Assembly: GCA_951406725.2 (NCBI GenBank)
Contig: OX597833.1
Coordinates: 70,990,001 to 71,054,000, forward strand
Direction: 5' to 3'
Length of the DNA stretch: 64,000 bases
Origin: Octopus vulgaris
Lineage: Eukaryota
A program made the translations under genes and the position numbers. Below the pieces are notes generated by a model, which worked only from the letters and a program-made list of their open reading frames with translations, made no database searches and was not told the DNA's origin. Of this stretch, positions 1 through 11,725 are shown in pieces. How positions within the stretch are numbered: position 1 is the first letter of the stretch; each line of letters opens with the position of its first letter.

Positions 1-132
1 TCATTATTATAGCAATAAAGAATTTTTAAAATCACTATTATTACACTAAGTCTCATCCCTCAATTATTCAATACAATAATAATCTCTCTATTCGCCTTGT
101 TAGAAATATCTATTTTGTTAGTTTTTCATTTT

Positions 133-490
133 ATAATAATAATAATAATGAAATTATTGTATACAGTGCTCAGGTGCACCACAACTTGTCAGAAAGTGCA
201 TATAAAGTACATGCAGCAATGTAGAAATGTCTGGAAAGCGAACAATGTATGAGTCAGATACATGCTTGTGTGTGTATGGAGGGGAGAAAATCAGTTGTAG
301 TGTTGGCGAATCTCAGGAAGCATGGAAGTTTTGAAGGATGCGGTGCTCCGACAACTAACAACTGATGCCGGCAGTTTGTTCCATGCTTCAGCAACTCTCA
401 GCGTGAAAAAATGTTTCCAAAAGTCATGGAAGGAGCTGTGCTGTTTTCTGACTTTGTAAATATGTCCACGGGTGTTAGATGGAATGAAAT
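133..490 (-). mobile_element. 3' end of a CR1-like LINE (ORF2 C-terminus plus tail), degenerate
   Basis: Minus strand reads approximately SNTRGHIYKVRKQ...HFFTLRVAEAWNKLPASVVSCRSTASFK. This is the typical TRGH..K / FF..RV...WN.LP..VV C-terminus of CR1-clade ORF2, ending in an (ATT)n tail. Confidence 0.8.
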
Positions 491-887
491 GCCATCTGAG
501 CTCTCTTTCTCCCCTTCACACTTTTTTCCTAATTCTCTCTCTCTCTCTCTTTAATCAAATATATTTCATATACCAGCAATAACTGAATGGAATTGTGTCC
601 AAAACACTTCAGGTTCCATTCATTGATTCAAACTCTTCTCTGCATTTTATATTTGGATTTCCGATTTATCTCCCTTGCCCTTTCTTTTTTATCTTTCACA
701 CAACTTCGTCATTAACAATTAATGATTGTTTTTGCTCTTCATTACGGGTGTAATTATAATTAAGTCGAAATTCTTTTCCATGGCTCATCATATTAAGTAT
801 CTTATCTCCCATTTATATATATATATATAGTAGTAGTAGGCATCTATTGGTCTTGAGAGGCCAAAGTTAACAGTGTGGTCATTTGTA

Positions 888-927
<40 letters not shown>

Positions 928-1989
928 TGTAATAGGATTTACTAATCCAGACTGAGTTTAATTAAGCTTTTTGTATGAAGGAAAAATGTATTTTTCTTGT
1001 TAATTTTATATCGTACATGATGACGTGTCATATTTCTGCGTTTCAAATATTGTAACATTTTTAATAAAATAATAAACATGGGAAAAAAAAGTTTGTTTTT
1101 TTTCACACAAAAATATAAATTTTTTTTTTTCTTTTGGCATTTGTATGTTATGAAGGTCACAGGAAGACTGGCAGAATTGCAGGAACAATGGGACAAACTG
1201 ATAAAGTCTAATATTTGGTCATGTTCTGGTTTTACATTCTAGGTTCAAATCAACTGGGTAGAATTTCGTTTTCATCTCTTAGGGGTACCAAATGAAATTA
1301 AAGTACAAATCAAGTGCTGGGGTTGATAGAATCAATGACAATTCCCTACCTTTAACCCCAAAATTTATAAACTATTTGATGTAATAAAGGGCAGCGAGTT
1401 GGCAGGAAGAGTAGAGGGAGCAGACCAGACCTATCTCCCTATTTCTCTTGTCTTCCCATTTCAAGGGTTTGGCTCAGTGGTTAAAAGGTTTGCTTTGGAA
1501 CTACATAGCAACAGGTTCAATCTCATGTATAGCACTTGAAACAAGTGTCTTTCACCAAAACTTCAGATTAATCAAAATCTGGGTGACAGAAACTGTGAAG
1601 AATCCCCACTGAAGGGATCACTAATCCCGTTTTGGGGTTGTTGGGGTTTAATTTGTTGTCCAGTTTAATAATCACCATCACTTGGTCACTTTGGAAGTGT
1701 TTAGCAATGTCCACTTTGTTGGAAGTTTTTGGGCCAGGTGACCAGTTTGAGGAGAATTCCTGCCTACCAGTCTCAGAATCCCTGAAAAGGGTCAGAGATG
1801 AGATGCTATATTTGCTCCTTTAACTAATTTATTAAAATAATAAAGGCTCAGTTTTTCCATTCATCTCCTCACAGATGTGACAAAATGGCTAACAGTATGA
1901 AAATTATATTTATGAAATCAATTATATTTCTCGTTGATAAACATCAATTGTCTTTTTGTCAAGAAAAGATATTACTCTTATGTACCAGA

Positions 1990-2210
1990 GCGGAATGGTC
2001 GGCTGGCAGAACCGTTAGCACAGCAGACAGAACGCTGAATGGCATTTCATACGTCTTTACAGTCTAAGTTCTAATTCCGCAGAGGTCAACTTTGCCTTTC
2101 ATCCTTTCAGGGTTGATAAAATAAGTACCAGTTGCAAACTGGGGTCGATATAATCGACTTACCCCACCCCGCTGGAAATTGCTGGCCTTGTGCCAAAATT
2201 AGAACCTAAT
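1990..2210 (+). mobile_element. SINE family C (core GAGGTCRACTTTGCCTTTCATCCTTTC...GATAAAATAAGTACCAG)
   Basis: The same core recurs at ~52985-53190, ~62413-62610 (+) and ~46990-47165, ~56825-57050, ~59455-59652 (-). Confidence 0.7.
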
Positions 2211-2288
2211 ATTCTATGTAACACATTCTTTTCTTTTGGTAACAAGTGTTAAAAATATGTCCCTCACTATAAAATTCTTTGTAATAAC

Positions 2289-2328
<40 letters not shown>

Positions 2329-2889
2329 CTGTTAATATTTGTAGTAAAACTATGTAAACCATGAATGTGATTTATACTGATTAAACTATTGTCTATGAAA
2401 TATTTGGTGTTTTTGTTTCATTATTAAAGGGTGGCCTATTGGAGGAGTTCACTTCAACCCTCTGCACTCTGTGTTCAAACCTCACCAAAGTCTACCTTGC
2501 CTTTCATCCTTTCTGGGTCGATAAAATAAAGTACCAATTGAGTACTGGGGTCAATCATCCTCCCTCTCTCTCTCTCCTCTCTTTCTCTCAGAATCAGCAG
2601 TACTGTCAGCTCCCTATTCCTCCTTGTCTTAAGGCTTGGGCTCAATGGCCAGTTGTGTGAGGATCTCAAAGGTCTAAAAACCCCAAGGCTAATATGAGGA
2701 CATTGCTTTGCATGAAAGGGTCGGGTGGGGACGGCTATAACATTATTCTGACTGCCCTGCTGCAATCCACTTCAGTGGAAGAATGTCATCTCCAAAGTTC
2801 CAGCCTACAAAACTGAAGCTGGTGCCCCAACAGAAAGAACAGACCTATCATCTTTTATGTTCATTATCTTTTTTATTAATTCAACCAAA

Positions 2890-3160
2890 ACACCGTTGCC
2901 AGCCTCACCTGGCCCCCGTGCCGGTGGCACGTAAAAAGCACCATCCGATTGTGGCCGTTTGCCAGCCTCATCTGGCACGTAAAAAGCACCCACTACACTC
3001 ACGGAGTGGTTGGCATTAGGAAGGGCATCCAGCTGTAGAAACATTGCCTGATCAGACTGGAGCCTGGTGCAGCCTCCATGGCTTCCCAGACCCCAGTTGA
3101 ACCGTCCAACCCATGCTAGCATGGAAAGCGGACGCTAAACGATGATGATGATGACAATGA
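2890..3160 (+). mobile_element. SINE-like repeat family B ending CATGGAAAGCGGACGTTAAACGATGATGATG
   Basis: Near-identical blocks at ~6490-6632, 8690-8825, 11815-12070, 14600-14790(-), 16455-16617, 16965-17600, 40335-40475(-); (GAT)n 3' tail. Confidence 0.7.
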
Positions 3161-3908
3161 TGAAGACAGTAGTTTGTTGTCTGTTCACCAGCTCAGCATC
3201 CAGTGATGTTGGCTGTTGACTAAATAAGTTAATCTGCTGAAATTGTTCACATCCACAATGCTGATAGGTGGGTCAGAGTAGACCTGGGAACAATACTTCG
3301 TGCAATGAGATATACACCCATAATGAGGTGAAATAACAAGTTGTTTAATGCCTAATTCTGGCCGAGAAAGGCAGGGGAGACAACCCTGAAATTGTAATTA
3401 ATTAAAATGAACTGAAATTAGTATGCAGGTAATTAAGTAGAGAATGAGTCTGATCTTGGCAGCATGATGACAACTTTGGACATGTTTTAGTCCTATTAGA
3501 CCTTTTCAGCGAAGCAGTGGTTGCCTGTACTGGCAGACAAAAACGACTTGAGAGATATATGCAGGTTTAAAAGTAGAAAATGAGAAGGGTACAAAATGAC
3601 ATGAGAGCTTGAATTACAGAAGGGAAAGACTTTTGCCGATCATTCGTTACTAGTAACATAACTGTCACTTATAAACCCACGTGGGTTTATTTACATTTCT
3701 GAAGAAAAAAAAAAGATACCCTTCCCCCACCCCTAAACCCACATATATAAAAAAAATTAAAATTTTACAGAAAGTGATGATCTTCTTCTTCAAATGTAAA
3801 CAAATACACGTGAGGTGAATGGGACGCATACCGAAAGAATGCCAGACTTTCCTTTCCTTTCCAAAGTGTCCAAGAATTGCTTTAACGACTAAGGACGACC
3901 TCTCTTAC

Positions 3909-4089
3909 CTGTCAACTTGGGAGTAGTGGAGAGGTGTGTGCGAGTCCCGAAGCTTCTCAGGTGAGGATGGAATTATAAAAGAAGAAAGCAATGAAGGGGT
4001 TCCGCCCAAAACCTTTCCATTTTGGGTGAAAATCGTTGAAAGAGCAACGAACTCTCCGTTGCGGGAGATAGATTTCTAAGCTTAAAAAG
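3909..4089. promoter_or_regulatory. Putative bidirectional promoter / 5'UTR region upstream of HPF1
   Basis: CpG-containing stretch just upstream of the HPF1 ATG; strong minus-strand splice donor CAG|GTAAGA at 3909/3908. Confidence 0.5.
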
Positions 4090-4251
4090 ATGGCAGCTGT
4101 GAGTCCCGCGGCCGTCGTCACGGCGAAGCAAGACAAGCGACCCATGTGTAAATACGGCGAGAAATGCTACAGGAAGAACCCGAACCATCTGCGGGAATAC
4201 CGCCACCCGAGCAAACCTGAAAGTGAAGACCAGCAGAGCCAGAACGACCAG
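4090..4251 (+). CDS. HPF1: HPF1 exon 1 (start codon; PBZ zinc finger CKYGEKCYRKNPNHLREYRHP)
   Basis: ATG at 4090; C-x5-C-x6-H-x5-H pattern of the PAR-binding zinc finger; donor CAG|GTCAG at 4251/4252, phase 0. Confidence 0.9.
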
Positions 4252-4312
4252 GTCAGCCTGACATATTCATGTATTGTCCCAGCACGTGCATTAATATTGT
4301 AAACAACTCGAG

Positions 4313-4324
4313 TTTCCCGCCAAA
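4313..4324 (+). promoter_or_regulatory. E2F-type site TTTCCCGCCAAA in HPF1 intron 1
   Basis: Matches the E2F consensus and lies about 60 bp after exon 1; motif match only. Confidence 0.35.
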
Positions 4325-5894
4325 TCCCCCCCCCCTTTTTTTTCCATTCATCCTACGAATTTCTCTTCAGAACTCTTTCACTGATATTAGAATATTCCTT
4401 GCCAAACAGATAAACGACACGTATTTCCCGTTATCTTTCTAATTTCTGATACTTCCTACCTACGCAGCCCGAGCTGCTTGAAATAACAGCCAGACTTCTT
4501 TTATTACCTTACTGTAGTTTTTACAAAGGAAGGATATATATTAGATGATGTGGCCGCTGGTATATTGGTTGCATTTTTATTATAATACCTGCCAGAATAT
4601 GTTTATGGCGCGTGAAAAATTCCCAGTATCACTTTTCAAGTTTTTATTTATTTTTGATACCATAGAAACCGCAACATGTTCTTATATGAGAAAGAAGGGG
4701 TTTATTAAAAGGGATCCAATGATTGTTTGGGTTATTTTATTTGAAAATGTAAAACAAAAGGTTAATGTTTACAGGTTAAAAACGAACAAGCTGAAACTTG
4801 TTCTATGAAAACATGTTTAGGTATTTTGTTGCGTGTAACACAAGACATCTTAACAAGCGAACTAAAAGTATTTCACTGTCCGCTAAAATATGTCTTCGCC
4901 AAAATTTCTTTCTTGGTGGATTTGTGGCACATAGGAAGATCATTCGTGATATCCTACATAAACACAACCCATCTATAGAAATAAACTACTCACTCTCTGG
5001 TGCTCTCTGTTAGGACACTGCGTCTCTCAAAATTTCTGGGTTTCCCGAAATTTCCCAATCCACTCCTAATGCGTTCCTCATTATGACTTTTGCGGTTCTC
5101 TCTTCTCTCTTTGGGGGGTTTTATCTGGATTATGAATGCATGTTTGGTTATCATTGCCCTCTTTTTTACATATTGCTGTTTTCTATCCCCTCCCCACGCA
5201 TTTTTTAAACCTTTTTCCGACGGGTTGTAGTGCACCAGAGCACTTTGCAAAAAGTTTATTATTATTGGTGCGGCGAACAAAATGATTAGTCTCTGATTCC
5301 TCGTAACTGTCTCCCTACCTATTTGAATCCATTACCTTGCAAGTATTGCATCATCCTCAAGAATAAAAATTGGTCAGCATTGTTGTTGGAATTGAAAGAC
5401 TTTGAAGCAAAGGTGACAGGTACCTTTTCTCTTTCAAGAATTTTTTCCTCGACTTTGACCCGATCGTAATTGAGATTGCTAATAATAAAAATATCTGAAT
5501 AATTCTGGGTGTTTAACAATCAATATTATTTTCCTTGTTGCATTCCGAGTCAATTTTTGTCATACTAACGTCTATTTTGATAATCTATTTTGATAATTAG
5601 TCGAGTTTCGGTATGCCGTTTTTCCATGAGCCTCATTCATTTGACCTAGATATTAAAAAAAAAATTCCTCATCTTTCAAATGTCTATGGATGGATATTAA
5701 TGCATATGAGTCTTTTTTCAAATATAATTCTGGAGAATTGAAGAAGTAAATTTACCAAATCTTGTCTTCCTCATTTTGCACATTGATATCATAAGCAGGC
5801 AGTTCGGTTGATTGGATCAACTTGGACCCTTCTCTTCGTAACTGATAGGGTACCAGTTGTATATATGTATGTGTATATATATATATATATATAT

Positions 5895-6081
5895 CGCTAG
5901 CCACTACACATTCTTTATTTTCTCTCCTTGTTTCTTTCTATGTTCCTTTCTGTGGAAGAGCGTAGGCTCGAAACGTTAAAGACTTTTTTCTATTCCTGAG
6001 CGTTAAACTAATACATCTGTTTGTTGTCTACACCACCTGTCTTCGTCTTTTGTGTTTTTTTGTGTGAATTCTACCTATATA

Positions 6082-6085
<4 letters not shown>
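5895..6085 (+). mobile_element. Short Penelope-like terminal-repeat element in (TA)n, carrying a variant hammerhead motif (5946-5981)
   Basis: Flanked by (TA)n; homologous copy at ~55570-55760 (-); contains CTTT-CTGTGGAA-GAGC/GTAG/GCTC-GAAA-CG-TT-AAAG. Confidence 0.55.
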
Positions 6086-6126
<41 letters not shown>

Positions 6127-6153
6127 AAATGCAAACTTTCTTCTATTGCAAAG

Positions 6154-6343
6154 GATAATACAGAGCCTTCCTCTAAAAAGCCCAAATTAGATCCACATAA
6201 AACAGGGTCCATATCTGATGATGATGATGACGATGACGTATCAAGGGAGAGTGGAAAGACAAGTGATGATGCAAAGCAGCAGGATGAGAGCGTCCCTGGA
6301 ACATCAGGAGAATCCAGCAAACCCGTGGATGAAGGAAGCCAAG
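6154..6343 (+). CDS. HPF1: HPF1 exon 2 (acidic low-complexity linker with KKPK NLS-like motif)
   Basis: AAG|GAT acceptor and G|GTAAG donor; phases match exons 1 and 3; DNTEPSSKKPKL...DDDDDDD...DEGSQ. Confidence 0.8.
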
Positions 6344-6968
6344 GTAAGCATCATATTCCCCTAATATCTTGTATAAAGACAGGGAGCAGACAAAATCATG
6401 AACACACTGGACAAAAAGGACCAGTTGATCGGTGGGTGTCGATGGAACCAACTCCTTTTCTTGAAATTGCTGGTCCTCTGCCAAATTGTGTTTCTAAGGG
6501 CATCCAGCTGTAGAAAATCTGCCAGATCAAGATTGGAGCCTGGTGCGGCCATCTGGTTCGCCAGCCCTCAGTCAAAATCGTCCAACCCATGCTAGCATGG
6601 AAAGCGGACGTTAAACGATGATGATGATGATGACATCTGTCGATACCTTAGGTGGACATTATTTTAAAAAAGTCTTCAGGTTTAGTCCAATCACACGGCA
6701 ACTTGAGCAGGTGATCCCTCTGTGTGTGTGTGGGTGCGATTGTGTTTCCTGATCTCAACATCACACAATAGCTGTAAATGAGTGTCACTGTTATACAAGC
6801 AGTGTCTTTCATTTCTTCTGTGTCTGGCCATCGATAAATGTTACTTTCCTTTGAAACAGGTGAGTGTTGCTGACAGGAAGGGCATTTGGTTGCAGGGGAT
6901 CTGCTTCGGCAAATCCCATCTGCTCCCTGCAAACAAGGAAAGGTGCATATCAAAAGAGTTTCTTTTTT

Positions 6969-7417
6969 AATAGAAATAATACATTTCTATATATCTCAAG
7001 GAGATTTATGCAGTAGTGGTAGGATAAAGTAGTTGTATGCTGTCAACTTAATGTGACAGTCCCATGAAGGGAATCACATCACTGCTATTTAGCCCTAGGA
7101 AGCAGCAACGCTTTCTGTCAGCCTTAACACATTTCTTGTGTCCTTATGCTTGCAAGGGGGAGATAAGCACCTCCACCCAGCTAAGCCAGCAAACAGAGAC
7201 TAGTTTCTGAGTCTGCTCATCATCAGTCTGGAGTAGCATGGCCTGCTGGTTGGAGATGCATGTCTAGCCTTTGCAAACATATAAGAATTCTAGTGAAATA
7301 CATTCACTGATTACAAAAATAGAAATAATACATTTCTAAATATCTCAGAGAGATTTATGCAGTAGTGGTGGTACGATAGAGTAGTTGTATACTGTCAACT
7401 TCATGAGACTGTCACAT
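6969..7417 (-). repeat. Partial tandem repeat, period 349 bp (retrozyme/Penelope-like unit)
   Basis: 6969-7065 is repeated imperfectly at 7318-7417; a hammerhead motif lies between the two copies. Confidence 0.7.
7167..7259 (-). ncRNA. Type I hammerhead ribozyme (candidate)
   Basis: Minus strand: CAGA-CUGAUGA-UGAG(CAGA)CUCA-GAAA-CUAG-UC^UCUG, with helix I extended by about 20 more base pairs past an internal loop. Confidence 0.8.
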
Positions 7418-7437
7418 TAATTTGACTCTCTCTCTCT

Positions 7438-7659
7438 CTTTTACTCTTTTACTTGTTTCAGTCATTTGACTGTGGCCATGCTGGAGCACCGCCTTTAGTT
7501 GAGCAACTCGACCCTGGGACTTATTCTTTGTAAGCCCAGTACTTATTCTATCGGTCTCTTTTGCTGAACCACTAAGTAATGGGGACGTAAACACACCAGC
7601 ATCGGTTGTCAAGCAATGCTAGGGGGACAAACACAGGCACACAAACATATACACACACA

Positions 7660-7699
<40 letters not shown>

Positions 7700-7865
7700 T
7701 ACGACAGGCTTCTTTCAGTTTCCGTCTACCAAATCCACTCACAAGGCATTGGTCGGCCCGGGGCTATAGCAGAAGACACTTGCCCAAGATGCCACACAGT
7801 GGGACTGAACCTGGAACCATGTGGTTAGTTAGCAAGCTACTTACCACACAGCCACTCCTGCGCCT
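7438..7865 (-). mobile_element. tRNA-derived SINE family A (full length, internal (TA)n)
   Basis: Head GGCGCAGGAGTGGCTGTGTGG...GGTTCAGTCCC (A/B boxes); body CCTTGTGAGTGGATTTGGTAGACGGAAACTG; more than 15 copies in this window. Confidence 0.85.
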
Positions 7866-7899
7866 ATACAATTACATTTTTTTTTTTAATCCTTTTCAG

Positions 7900-8049
7900 A
7901 TAAATGTGAAGAAGAGTTAACTTTGACGCCTCCGCCTTCCCCTGAAGACATCAAGGACAACATTCGTGAGAAATTCTTGTTTGATATGCCGGACGATTTT
8001 TATGAACTCTGGAAGTTCTGTGAAGCAACTCATCCAGAAAATCCCACCA
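7900..8049 (+). CDS. HPF1: HPF1 exon 3
   Basis: TTTTCAG| acceptor and A|GTAAG donor; IREKFLFDMPDDFYELWKFC matches the start of the HPF1 domain. Confidence 0.9.
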
Positions 8050-9557
8050 GTAAGATCTGTTGTTGTTGTTGTTTTTGTTATTTATTCTTTGTGTTGTTGT
8101 TGTTGAACCACAGGTCAACGAGACAAACTTTTGAGGGTCCAGCCATGACCATCCTGTTTCTTTTTTTCTCCACCTTGAATCTATCCAGGAGTGTTATTAT
8201 GCAATGTGTCTTTGTTTCTTAAAAAAACTAAAAGGCATTATTTGAGGTAGATTCAGTTGCTGTTTCAAGCAGGTCACATGACTGTAGAATGTTCCTTGTT
8301 GGTTTCAGACAAATGGGCTGGTGTTGTTGTTGTTGTTTAACCCTGGGTCACCATGGACCCAGAGTCAAACCCTTGATCAAAGAGATTCAAACTACGACCA
8401 TTCCAGCCTTTTTTTTTTCCAGTTGTCATAATGTATCTAGGGTTACATTATGCAATGTCTTTTTATAGAATAAAAAAGAAAAAGATACTTGACCACACAA
8501 ACTTGGCTGTGTGGTCAAGAAGTTTGCTTCCCAACTTCATGGCTCTGGGTTCAGTCTCAATGTGGGCAGATGCCTCCTTCAACTACTGCCCCAGGTTGCT
8601 CAAGATTTTGTGAGACAATTTCTTGGACAGAACCTGAATGAACATCATCATCACCCAAGCAGTGTCGTTCAATTCCGATTCTCTGTGAAAACACATCTGG
8701 CTGTGGTGAAGTATCCCCTGCTTGGAAACGGGTGAGGACATCTGGCTGTAGAAAATCTGCCTCAACAAATTCAGTCTGACCCCTACAGGCATGGAAAAGT
8801 GGATGTTAAGATGATGCTGATGACTAAGTTGTGGTATTCGAGTATTTTGACTCAACAAACAATATGTTATTTCATCCTTAAGTCGACCCTGATTGAGCAG
8901 ACCAACTTATGATCAAAGACATTTTAACCATGACCATCCTGTTTTTTCCCTTTCAAACACAGTATGTTTCGTACAATGTTATCCAGTGTACCCTCCCCTT
9001 TGCTTTATTAACTCTGGGAGATATTGTATAAATAAGATCAGGCTTCTATTTCTAGCTGCTTCAGTAACCACTTAGAGGTTATCTCATTGGCTCACAAGCA
9101 TTTTGTTGTGTACTTAAGCAATATTCTTAACTCCACCTGGCCATTAGGAATAAGTACCAGATTCTCTGATGGCCAGTTTTTTTGCTCTGGACACTTATGC
9201 TCTGTCATTCGTTCAGACTGAAGTTATGCTTCCTGTGAAGCTCTTCATTTCTTTCCCATCAGCTTACCATGCTGGCATGGGTTGGAAAAGATCTCAAACC
9301 AGTTCCTATTTGAAGTTACTGCTGTCCTAGATGTGCCACATTGTCTTCCTTATATGTCTCCATTTTGGCTTTGCGTCTATGGCTAGAATACCCTTCCTAT
9401 GACCAACCACTTTACAGAGTGTCCAGGGTGCATTTTCCCCATGGCACCACCATTTTCCATCCTTCACATGGCCCCTACATTCATCACCCATGTCTTGCTA
9501 TCATTGTGTATCTTTTGTTCAATTGATTTTAATTTTAAGGAATTTTTCTCTGCCCAG

Positions 9558-9759
9558 ATTGCTTCAGTGATGTTCTTGGGTTCCAATTAGTTGGACCTTT
9601 TGATATTTTGGCTGGTAAACACAAGGAATTAAATGGCAAAAACAGCAAGGGTCGTTACCCTAACTACCTCATTCACTGGCGCTATTACTTGGACCCTCCA
9701 GAGTTCCAGACAGTTATTCGTGGCAATGACACAACTCAATTCCATTTAGGTTACTTCAG
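9558..9759 (+). CDS. HPF1: HPF1 exon 4
   Basis: [14 protein letters not shown]...[15 protein letters not shown]...FHLGYFR (HPF1 signature motifs); CCCAG| acceptor, AG|GTAAG donor. Absent from the ORF track. Confidence 0.95.
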
Positions 9760-9884
9760 GTAAGAAAGTTTTCTTCATAATTTTAATCATTTTCTTTCCA
9801 TGTTTCTGTGGAAATCCACTGCCTTTTCAAGAAGGACCCTCTCTTTTGAATTTATGGTTTCCTTGTTTTTCTTCTGAATTCCAG

Positions 9885-9983
9885 AGATGTCCCGACAGAG
9901 GCACCAGTCTTTGTTGCTGCTAATTCTGCCAAAGAAGGTCCTGCCATCATTCCACGTGGTGAAAACCTTTTTGCAGCCCTCAG
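9885..9983 (+). CDS. HPF1: HPF1 exon 5
   Basis: (R)DVPTEAPVFVAANSAKEGPAIIPRGENLFAAL; phase-2 introns on both sides with canonical AG/GT. Confidence 0.92.
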
Positions 9984-10434
9984 GTAACACAGCATTGTCG
10001 TAGTTTTATATTACTCTTTTCTGTCTTTACTCTTTTGCATGTTTCGGCCCTAACGCTGCTGCCATGCTGGGGCACCACCTGTGAAATATGTGGCCAGCAA
10101 GCCTCTGCAGAGGATCGAACCCTGTACCTCTCAAATTCCAGCTGAATGCCATCATCATCATCATCATCATGTACTATTAAACTAAGATACCCCTTTATGA
10201 CATACTGCACATAAGACTTGTCACTAGAATTGGTAGAGTGTTGGACAAAATTTATTGTGCTATTTAAAAGCAAGCTCTCTATGTTGTGAAGTTCTCCATT
10301 TTGGGATCAATAAAATTAAGGACTAGTGAAGTATAAGGGTCCACATAAAGGGCAAGAATTTCTAGTAGAAGACCAACATTTCCTCAAGGATGATGGCTTT
10401 TTTGTCAGGTGTTGAGAGGTGAAAGTGTACTAGG

Positions 10435-10835
10435 GGCACAGGCACCAGTGCCTTGCTGTGGTAAGAGGTAAGAAGCTTGCTTCCCAACTACATAGTTCCA
10501 GGTTCAGTCCCACTGTGTGGTACCATGGGCAAGTGTCTCCTACCGTAATCTCAGGCTAACCAAAGCCTTGTGAGTGGATTTGGTTGATGGAAATTGAAAG
10601 AAGACCATATGTATATATATCCACGTGTGTGTGGGATTATCCCCACCACTGCTTGACAACCGGTGTTGGTGTGTTTATGTCCCTGTAACTTAGCAGTTCA
10701 GCCAAAAAAAGATCAATAGAATAAGTACCAGGCTTTAAAAAGAAAAAAAAAATGCCCTGGGGTTGATTCATTCAAGTAAAAGTTCTTCCGAGCAGTGCCC
10801 CAGCATGGCCGCAGTGTAATGCCTGCAACAAGTAA
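10435..10835 (+). mobile_element. SINE family A, diverged copy
   Basis: GGTTCAGTCCCACTG...GCCTTGTGAGTGGATTTGG...CAGCATGGCCGCAGT. Confidence 0.7.
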
Positions 10836-10904
10836 AAGATTATATAGGAGTGGATGAGAAGATTATGTGTGTATGTATGTATACATTTATGTGTGTGTGT
10901 ATAC

Positions 10905-10955
<51 letters not shown>

Positions 10956-10958
<3 letters not shown>

Positions 10959-11341
10959 GAGGCGCAATGGCCCAGTGGTTTGGGCAGCGGACTCGCGGTC
11001 GTAGGATCGCGGTTTCGATTTCCAGACCGGACGTTGTGAGTGTTTATTGAGCGAAAACACCTAAAAGTTCCACAAGGCTCCGGCAGGGGATGGTGGTGAT
11101 CCCTGCTGTACTCTTTCACCACAACTTTCTCTCACTCTTACTTCCTGTTTCTGTTGTACCTGTATTTCAAAGGACCGGCCTTGTCACTCTCTGTGTCACG
11201 CTGAATCTCCCCGAGAACTACGTGAAGGGTACACGTGTCTGTGGAGTGCTCAGCCACTTACACGTTAATTTCACGAGCAGGCTCTTCCGTTGATTCGGAT
11301 CAACCGGAACCCTCGTCGTCGGAACCGACGGAGTGCTTCCA
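10956..11341 (+). mobile_element. tRNA-derived SINE family D (tRNA-Arg-like head)
   Basis: GGCGCAATGGCCCAGTGG...GGTTTCGATTTCC head; highly similar second copy at 61825-62213 (-). Confidence 0.8.
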
Positions 11342-11483
11342 ATATATATATATTCAGCAAAAATTTAGATGTGTGTTTGTATATATATTTTTTCATGCAT
11401 GTGTTGATGTGATTTTTTATTTTCAATGAAATTTTTTGCTGAAGACGAATAATTCCATTTTGGTATTTTTCTTCCGATTCCAG

Positions 11484-11725
11484 TTTCTATTTAGGTGAAA
11501 ACATTAAATCAAAGAAACTCTTCAAACCAAAGCAACCTGCTGCCCTTCAACTCCAATCAGATTTGACTGAATGGGCCAAAAAGCTCAACTTGAATCTGGA
11601 GTTGAAAACCAAATCCATGAAGGAACGAGACAAGAAGACGGTCTGCAAAGCTTTCCATGGGGCTGGAATTGTGGTCAAGTTAGACAAGAACGAAGTTGGT
11701 TACCGTCCAATCCCAGAAACTCCAG
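11484..11725 (+). CDS. HPF1: HPF1 exon 6
   Basis: [33 protein letters not shown] includes the YR pair equivalent to human Y238/R239; canonical splice sites. Confidence 0.95.

Noticed and set aside
7412-7920. Recurrent ORFs such as 'RASFSFRLPNPLTRLWSARGYSRRHLPK' and 'YIYIYI/ERERER'
   Set aside because: Translations of SINE family A and microsatellites, not genes.
10956-11030. tRNA-like sequence
   Set aside because: It is the head of a repeated SINE (second copy at 61825-62213), not a tRNA gene.
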